A stretch of DNA of 64,000 nt from Hyphomonadaceae bacterium (GTDB lineage: Bacteria; Pseudomonadota; Alphaproteobacteria; Caulobacterales; Hyphomonadaceae). The stretch lies in assembly GCA_036733305.1 (NCBI GenBank), contig DAINAT010000006.1, positions 412 to 64,411 of the forward strand, read 5' to 3'. Shown here piece by piece: positions 59,158 to 64,000 of this stretch. Every line of letters begins with the position of its first letter. Position 1 is the stretch's first letter. A program made the translations under genes and the position numbers. The notes beneath the pieces were generated by a model. That model did no database searches and was not told where the DNA came from. It worked only from the letters and a program-made list of their open reading frames with translations.

Positions 59158-59928
59158 CTAGCGGGCAGGGGTGGCGCTGATTTCCTTCAGGCCAGTGTCG
59201 CATTTCTGAACGAATGCGCGATCTTCCGCGAGGTAGCGCTCTGACGGCGTGACGGCGACGGCCGGGCCGTCCTCTTCCAGCAGCGAGTTGGCGATGAGAA
59301 TGCGACGGCCTTCGAGGCCGCGCAGGCGCTGGATCGCCACGAGCTGTTCGTGGGTGACGCCTACATCGCGGGGCAGGCCAAAGCCGCCCGACAGGGCGAC
59401 GGGATAGAGATCCTCCATCTGCTGCATGAATTCCCGCTGCACGCCGATACGCAGGAAGGCGCGCGAATAGGCTGTAACGCGGGTTTCGGGCAGGTGGTTT
59501 GCGATCTCGCCATTGAGGGCGGCAGCTCATGTGTCGCGCGGCCAGGCGCGGCCGAAGATCGGCGCGCCCAGTTCATTCAGCTTGCGAATACGCTCGTTGT
59601 CGCCATCGATCACGGCGGTCTGGAGCGTGTCGAGATAGCCGGTGACGCAGGGGTGGAGCATCTTCAGCTCTGTCGCGAGGCCGAGATCGTTGCTGAGTTC
59701 GGCGCGGATGGCGCCTTCGAGCACTTTCACCTTTTCATCCCAGCTCATCGCTTCGACGGTCTGCTGTGCGCCCAGCGCGAGGAGGACGCCGACGACGACC
59801 ACGCCGATCTCGGCCACCCACTTGCCCCAGTTGAGCGCTGACCTCGGCGCGAGGGGCGCGGGCTGGTCGGGATTTGCGGGCGGGGTTGTGGATGGAGCGG
59901 GCGCGCTTCCGGCCTGTGGCTCGTTCAT
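59158..59928 (-). pseudogene. membrane-anchored hypothetical protein interrupted by a single in-frame TGA (59527-59529)
   Basis: ORFs 59527..60000 and 59158..59442 share a frame. Hand translation of 59443-59526 is open (AAALNGEIANHLPETRVTAYSRAFLRIG). No SD precedes the downstream GTG. The likely start is the ATG at 59928. Confidence 0.6.
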
Positions 59929-60004
59929 CTTGCTGTCCCCCGCGTGCGAGCGAGGAGCGTAGCATCGGGGTGAGTGGGCTCCAACGTCTGTGAGCGGCAT
60001 GAGA

Positions 60005-60032
60005 AAGGCGGGCGTCGAAAGGCGCCCGCCTT
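60005..60032 (-). terminator. terminator-like hairpin after yceI
   Basis: AAGGCGGGCG (60005-14) pairs with CGCCCGCCTT (60023-32) across an 8-nt loop. The minus-strand tail TTTCTC is only weakly U-rich. Confidence 0.5.
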
Positions 60033-60062
60033 CTGGTGTTGTGCCGTATATAGAGTGTCGAC

Positions 60063-60707
60063 TTACTTCTGGACGAGTTCCGAGTTGATGTTGATCTTGA
60101 TCTCGTCGCCGATCGGGCCGCCGGCGGGCATGCCGAAGTCGGTGCGCTTGAACGAGCCGGTGAGCTGGAAGCCGACCTTGTGCTTGTTGGAGCGCGGGTC
60201 GTTGCGGTTGCCCACATAGGTGATGTTGAGGCTGACCGGCTTGGTCACGCCGAGGAAGGTGAGGTTGCCCGTGACCTTGCCCGATTTGTCGCCGGTCTTG
60301 GTGACGGCGGTGGACGTGAAGGTGATGTTGGGGAATTTGCCGCTGTTGAGGAAGCGTTCGCCGGTTGCGACTTCGGCGTTGAAGTCGGTCGTGTTGCCGG
60401 CCGGACGGGTGCGGGCGAAGTCGGTCTCGATCGATTTCGGATCGATCGTGGCGGTGACTTTCGATTTGGTGACGTCAGCGGGGTCGAAGGTCAGCTGGAT
60501 GTCGAAGCTGGTGAAGCGGGCCGAGTACCAGGACAGGCCGTTGTGGAGGCCCTGCCATTCGATCGAGGTGTGGGTCTTGTCGGCGACATAGGCGCCGGCG
60601 GGGGCTGCGACTGCCGGAGCAGGCGTGCCCTGAGCAAATGCATTAGGAGCAAGAGCCGGGGCGGCGAGCAGGGCGGCGGTTGTGATTGCGGTAAGTAGGC
60701 GGCGCAT
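60063..60707 (-). CDS. YceI-family periplasmic protein
   Basis: Signal peptide AALLAAPALAPNAFAQ. YVADKTHTSIEWQGLHNGLSWYSARF and GNLTFLGVTKPVSLNI motifs. Confidence 0.9.
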   Translation of the reverse strand: MRRLLTAITTAALLAAPALAPNAFAQGTPAPAVAAPAGAYVADKTHTSIEWQGLHNGLSWYSARFTSFDIQLTFDPADVTKSKVTATIDPKSIETDFARTRPAGNTTDFNAEVATGERFLNSGKFPNITFTSTAVTKTGDKSGKVTGNLTFLGVTKPVSLNITYVGNRNDPRSNKHKVGFQLTGSFKRTDFGMPAGGPIGDEIKININSELVQK

Positions 60708-60735
60708 CGGGGAGACTCCGGTGGTTGCGGTTGGT

Positions 60736-60756
60736 CGTGTTCATTATCGTGTTCAT
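60736..60756. repeat. direct repeat CGTGTTCAT-TAT-CGTGTTCAT (12-nt period)
   Basis: Lies in the divergent region between yceI (60707) and the first paralog gene (60988). Confidence 0.55.
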
Positions 60757-60987
60757 GGACTGGAGCGACGGTCTTGTCGCCGCAATGTGGCTGAAGCGTG
60801 GGTTGTGGCTGGCTGATCGTCCAGTCACCGCGTGCAGAATAAGCATGTGCCGGGCGGGGCTTTGACGCGAATTTGATCTTATTGGCAGCTGGGCGCCCTG
60901 TGCATCTGGAACTGGCGCCTGCGCGGAGCTAGTCCTGACGGCGCGCGACACCCAGGGGCATTCCGGGAGTCGCCCGGAGGGACGGAC

Positions 60988-61596
60988 ATGCGTGCAGTGA
61001 TGGTTGCCGGTGCGCTGGCTATGGCGGCGTGCGGGGCCGATGGGGTGTTGAATGGCGTGGCGCATGCGCAGCAGCCGACACAGTCTGGCCCGGATGGCGC
61101 GGAATATTGCGTCTACATGAAGCTGACCGACACATCGGATTATGTCGTCGTGGCCGAGGGGCTGCTGGCGGGCCTCGATCAGGACAAGGCGCAAGCCGCG
61201 GTGAAGGCTGCGGGCGATGCGTGCATCAAAGAGTATGGCATGAGCCAGAACGAAGCGGCGAGCGCATCGGATGTGGGCATCTTTGGCTCGGCCGCGGACT
61301 ACCTGATCGAAGGGCTGGCGGATGAGGGCGTTTCGGACGACGTGATCGACGGGCTCTATGCCGTGATCGATGAGATGTCGGACGAGGATATCGACATGAT
61401 CTTCGATGGTAGCTGGCGTGACGATGCGGCGATGAAGGCGCGGTTGCGGGCCGCCGTGGTCGCCAAGGGCATTCCGGATGAAGACCGGCTGGTGCAGGAC
61501 GCCAGCCTGCTGATCGAGGTTTCGGCGTTGGCCTCGGATGCGGCCATGAACTATCTCATGGCGGACATGGACGAGGTTGAGGCGGAAGAGTCATGA
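60988..61596 (+). CDS. secreted acidic hypothetical protein, paralog 1 of 3
   Basis: GGAGG SD and a signal peptide. Shares the C-V-Y ... C-x3-[YH]-[GE]-[MW] ... VID-x-MSD-x-DI ... DG-x-W-x-DD ... KGI-x-D blocks with 61593..62171 and 62821..63435. Confidence 0.7.
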   Translation: MRAVMVAGALAMAACGADGVLNGVAHAQQPTQSGPDGAEYCVYMKLTDTSDYVVVAEGLLAGLDQDKAQAAVKAAGDACIKEYGMSQNEAASASDVGIFGSAADYLIEGLADEGVSDDVIDGLYAVIDEMSDEDIDMIFDGSWRDDAAMKARLRAAVVAKGIPDEDRLVQDASLLIEVSALASDAAMNYLMADMDEVEAEES

Positions 61597-62171
61597 AGTT
61601 CGCAGCAGTTCTCTCTTTCGCTCTTGTTGTGGCCGCCTCTGGCGGGGCGCAGGCCCAGTCAGTGACCGAGCCGCAGAAGCGGGAGATGAACTGTGTCTAT
61701 GATGCGCTGGTCCAGTTGCGGCAGACGCCGCTGGTGGCGCAGTCCTATCTCAATGTGACGACGGCGGATGGATTGCGCGGGCGGGCGGATGCGGCGCTTG
61801 AGAGCGCGGCGAGCGAATGCGCCAGCGATCACGAGTGGGACGACACGGTGCGCAGCCTGGCTGTCGCGATCGGGACGATGGGGGCGACGGCGGATTTTCT
61901 TGGCGTTGAGCTGAAGGCTGCGGGTGTTGCGGACGATACGGTGGCGAAGATTGCCGGGCTGAAGTCGGGGCTTTCGAAGCGCGACAACGAGTTGCTGCTC
62001 GATGGCGGGTGGAGCGATGACCGCGCTTTCATGGCGCGGATGAAGACCAAGCTGAAAGGCATTGGTCTGCCGGACGATGCGGACGTGACGCAGAAGGCGG
62101 TGAAGATCCTTGAGGCAACTGTGATCGGCGCGGATTTCAGGGCGTCGTTTGTCGAGGCGCAGTTCGGTTAG
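61593..62171 (+). CDS. secreted hypothetical protein, paralog 2 of 3
   Basis: 4-nt overlap with paralog 1. Signal peptide MKFAAVLSFALVVAASGGAQA. Same conserved blocks (NCVYDAL, ECASDHEWD, LLLDGGWSDDRAFMARMKTKLKGIGLPDD). Confidence 0.7.
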   Translation: MKFAAVLSFALVVAASGGAQAQSVTEPQKREMNCVYDALVQLRQTPLVAQSYLNVTTADGLRGRADAALESAASECASDHEWDDTVRSLAVAIGTMGATADFLGVELKAAGVADDTVAKIAGLKSGLSKRDNELLLDGGWSDDRAFMARMKTKLKGIGLPDDADVTQKAVKILEATVIGADFRASFVEAQFG

Positions 62172-62197
62172 AGCGAGCGGCGATTGCGGGAGCTGTG

Positions 62198-62359
62198 AGC
62201 ACGCCCTCGTCCTTCGAGACGATCGCATCGAGAAAGTTTCTGCACCGATATGCCGTACCTGCGATCCCTCAGGGTGAGGGCTATCAGGGCGCGGCGCTGG
62301 AGTAGCCCTCATCCTGAGGGGTCGCGAAGCGATCGTCTCGAAGGATGGAAGGGCGTGCT
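62198..62359. repeat. two REP-like units in inverted (head-to-head) arrangement, MITE-like
   Basis: Unit a (reverse orientation) spans 62198-62282 and unit b spans 62304-62359. The outer arms AGCACGCCCTCGTCCTTCGAGACGATCGC and GCGATCGTCTCGAAGGATGGAAGGGCGTGCT are near reverse complements. The inner pair is CCCTCAGGGTGAGGGCT and AGCCCTCATCCTGAGGG. Confidence 0.75.
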
Positions 62360-62372
62360 TTCCGGCGGTGGC

Positions 62373-62675
62373 CTACGGACACGCGTGCTGGAAGGGATTG
62401 TACTGGACGAAGAGCCAGTCTTCGAGGCGGCTGACTTTAGTTTGGTCATCAATGTAGGCTTTGGGCCAGGCAATGGCGCGGTAGGCGGCCCAGGGAATCC
62501 AGTTTGGCGCGCCGTCGAGCCGTTGCGTGGCGGTGTTGATCTTGAGGTCGCCCGGAATGGTGCAGGTGGAGTGCTTCCACCGCGTTTCGGTGGTGAAGCT
62601 CCAGGCGGCGCAGCCGAAGACGACCATGGCGGCCGTCAGGTAGAGGCCGATCGCCATTCCGATGATATTGCGCAT
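62373..62675 (-). CDS. small membrane-anchored hypothetical protein
   Basis: 100 aa from the ATG at 62675 (GGGGGA SD). N-terminal TM segment IIGMAIGLYLTAAMVVFGCAAW, then a Trp-rich domain with Cys residues. The track ORF (to 63008) over-extends. Confidence 0.5.
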   Translation of the reverse strand: MRNIIGMAIGLYLTAAMVVFGCAAWSFTTETRWKHSTCTIPGDLKINTATQRLDGAPNWIPWAAYRAIAWPKAYIDDQTKVSRLEDWLFVQYNPFQHACP

Positions 62676-62820
62676 GCCTGATCCCCCAATCTGCAGGCGG
62701 AGGTTAGCCGGGTTCGGGCGCATTCCAATAGACACAGTATAAAGAGCAGGGCCCACCTTGCGGGCGCGTGCGGTTTCGGGTGGGTATGCGGCATCCAAGT
62801 CGGGGCGACGGAGATTGCAT

Positions 62821-63435
62821 ATGAAACGGGTGGTGGCGGGTCTGGCGGCGGGAGCTGTCTGGCTGGTGGCGGCAATGCCGGCTTTGGCGCAGCAACCGCC
62901 GGAGAAATCGGTCGATGGCCTGACGGATGAGCAAACCGACGAGTTGTACTGCGTGTACGACACGCTCAGCTTTTTCGGCGACAGCGCTGCGATGACGACA
63001 GCGTACATGGGCGGAGATCCGGATTCAGCAGACTATGCGGATGAAGTGCTGGCGTCGCTGGATGAGGCGACCGGGGATTGCAGCGAAGGGTATGAGTGGG
63101 AGCAGTCGCGCGAGGACACCGCATCGATGATCGGCCTCTATGGCGTGATGGGCGACGAGATCGAGACGCGCCTTGCAGCGGCCGGGCTGACCGAAGCGAA
63201 CATCGCGACCGTTTATGATGTGATCGATGCGATGTCGGACGATGACATCGGCGCATTCCTCGACGGCGTGACCGCTGCGAAGGATGCGGGCGTGATGCAG
63301 CGGCTGAAAGCCGGCCTTGAGGCGAAAGGCATCAAGGGCGATGGCGTGATGCACGACGCTTTCTATCTGGCCGAGGCGTATGTCGTCGTGTCGGTGCTGA
63401 CGCGCGAATGGCTGACCACGATGCCGAAGAGCTGA
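62821..63435 (+). CDS. secreted acidic hypothetical protein, paralog 3 of 3
   Basis: ATG at 62821 with GGAG 7 nt upstream. Signal peptide MKRVVAGLAAGAVWLVAAMPALAQ. Conserved blocks LYCVYDTL, DCSEGYEWE, VYDVIDAMSDDDIGAFLDG and LEAKGIKGD. Confidence 0.7.
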   Translation: MKRVVAGLAAGAVWLVAAMPALAQQPPEKSVDGLTDEQTDELYCVYDTLSFFGDSAAMTTAYMGGDPDSADYADEVLASLDEATGDCSEGYEWEQSREDTASMIGLYGVMGDEIETRLAAAGLTEANIATVYDVIDAMSDDDIGAFLDGVTAAKDAGVMQRLKAGLEAKGIKGDGVMHDAFYLAEAYVVVSVLTREWLTTMPKS

Positions 63436-63547
63436 GGGGGCGGCGCATCTTGTGCGCCCTACCTGCTGAAAGCCCGAATTGTGGGTGTTTGCCGTTCCTG
63501 GCTTTCGGGGACTAATATGATCCCCAGACGACAGGCAGGAACACGCC

Positions 63548-64000
63548 ATGGATGGCTTTGAAGGCAAGACCGAGAAGGCGCGGTATGATTATCCGTTTGC
63601 CGAGCCGCCGGCTGTCGGCGCGACGCTGGAGGTCGCGCCGGGCGTGCGCTGGGTGCGGATGCCGCTGCCGTTCTCGCTGAAGTGGATCAATCTCTGGCTG
63701 ATCGAGGATGGCGATGGGTGGACCGTGGTGGACACGGGCATTCCCAACTCCGAGACCAAGAGCCATTGGCGGACGATCTTCGAGAACGAGCTGGGCGGCA
63801 GGCCGATCAAGCGGGTGATCGTCACGCACATGCATCCCGATCATATCGGGCTTGCGGGATGGATGACGCGCAAGTGGCAGTGCGAGCTGTGGATCACGCG
63901 GCTGGAATATATCCAGTGCCGGATGCTGGTGGCGGATACCGGGCGGGAAGCTCCGCAGGCCGGGATCGATTTCTTCCGCGCGGCCGGCTGGGCGCAGGAA
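63548..64000 (+). CDS. MBL-fold metallo-hydrolase, 3' end cut by window edge
   Basis: Hand translation MDGFEGKTEKARYDYPF...VIVTHMHPDHIGLAGW contains the HxHxDH motif. The ORF is open to base 64000, so it is absent from the ORF track. Confidence 0.8.
   Translation, partial: MDGFEGKTEKARYDYPFAEPPAVGATLEVAPGVRWVRMPLPFSLKWINLWLIEDGDGWTVVDTGIPNSETKSHWRTIFENELGGRPIKRVIVTHMHPDHIGLAGWMTRKWQCELWITRLEYIQCRMLVADTGREAPQAGIDFFRAAGWAQE

Noticed and set aside
59527-59529. In-frame TGA as a selenocysteine codon or programmed recoding site
   Set aside because: There is no redox-type Cys/Sec context, no obvious SECIS-like hairpin immediately downstream and no selenoprotein family resemblance. A TGG to TGA nonsense change or a sequencing error is simpler.
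60905-60935. GGAAC-N17-TAGTC as a possible ECF/EcfG-type promoter upstream of the first paralog gene
   Set aside because: The -10 element does not match CGTT/CGTC and the spacing is only approximate, so the match is too weak to report as a feature.

Overview
High-GC alphaproteobacterial chromosome segment (hand-counted 60-nt blocks are mostly 65-72% G+C). The gene order looks Caulobacterales/Hyphomonadaceae-like. Bases ~1060-18000 are a polar-flagellum locus. It holds one long minus-strand class II operon (fliF-fliG-flbE/fliH-like-fliN-flbD-flhA-flhF-flhG), a DUF1153/SciP-like regulator, the hook operon fliK-flgD-flgE, and the divergent flgK-flgL pair. I see candidate CtrA boxes upstream of fliF and two overlapping divergent sigma-54 promoters between fliK and flgK. 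The rest is partly housekeeping and metabolism: mnmA, VOC, PaaI thioesterase, thiolase, RidA, Zn-ADH, a GlxA/DJ-1 pair, 5'-nucleotidase, aatA, SDR, GlcD-like oxidase, map and sua5. It also carries many envelope or secreted functions: two ~960-aa M16 peptidases, an S9 peptidase, a Gram-negative sortase with its VIT/vWA LPQTAS target, a TPR protein, a DUF1800/DUF1501 pair, a ricin-lectin protein, an LpxR-like protein and a cytochrome b561/YceI cluster. I found no rRNA, tRNA, CRISPR array, transposase or integrase. The unexplained items most worth a second look are: (1) a ~1 kb low-GC two-gene islet (174-aa orphan protein plus 93-aa two-TM protein) insulated by a palindrome and a terminator at 40951-41960; (2) three paralogous secreted acidic two-cysteine proteins with an interleaved small membrane protein at 60988-63435; (3) a solitary protein with an R-N-x3-H (HEPN-like) motif at 18320-18949; (4) a 27-codon Lys/Ala-rich micro-ORF with a strong SD that the ORF track missed (55506-55589), next to a sua5 gene with foreign-looking codon usage, a 29-bp perfect palindrome and flanking REP-like elements; (5) a triple-YceI/cytochrome b561 cluster containing a gene split by one in-frame TGA. 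All functional calls rest on motif recognition by eye and on synteny. No database search was run.
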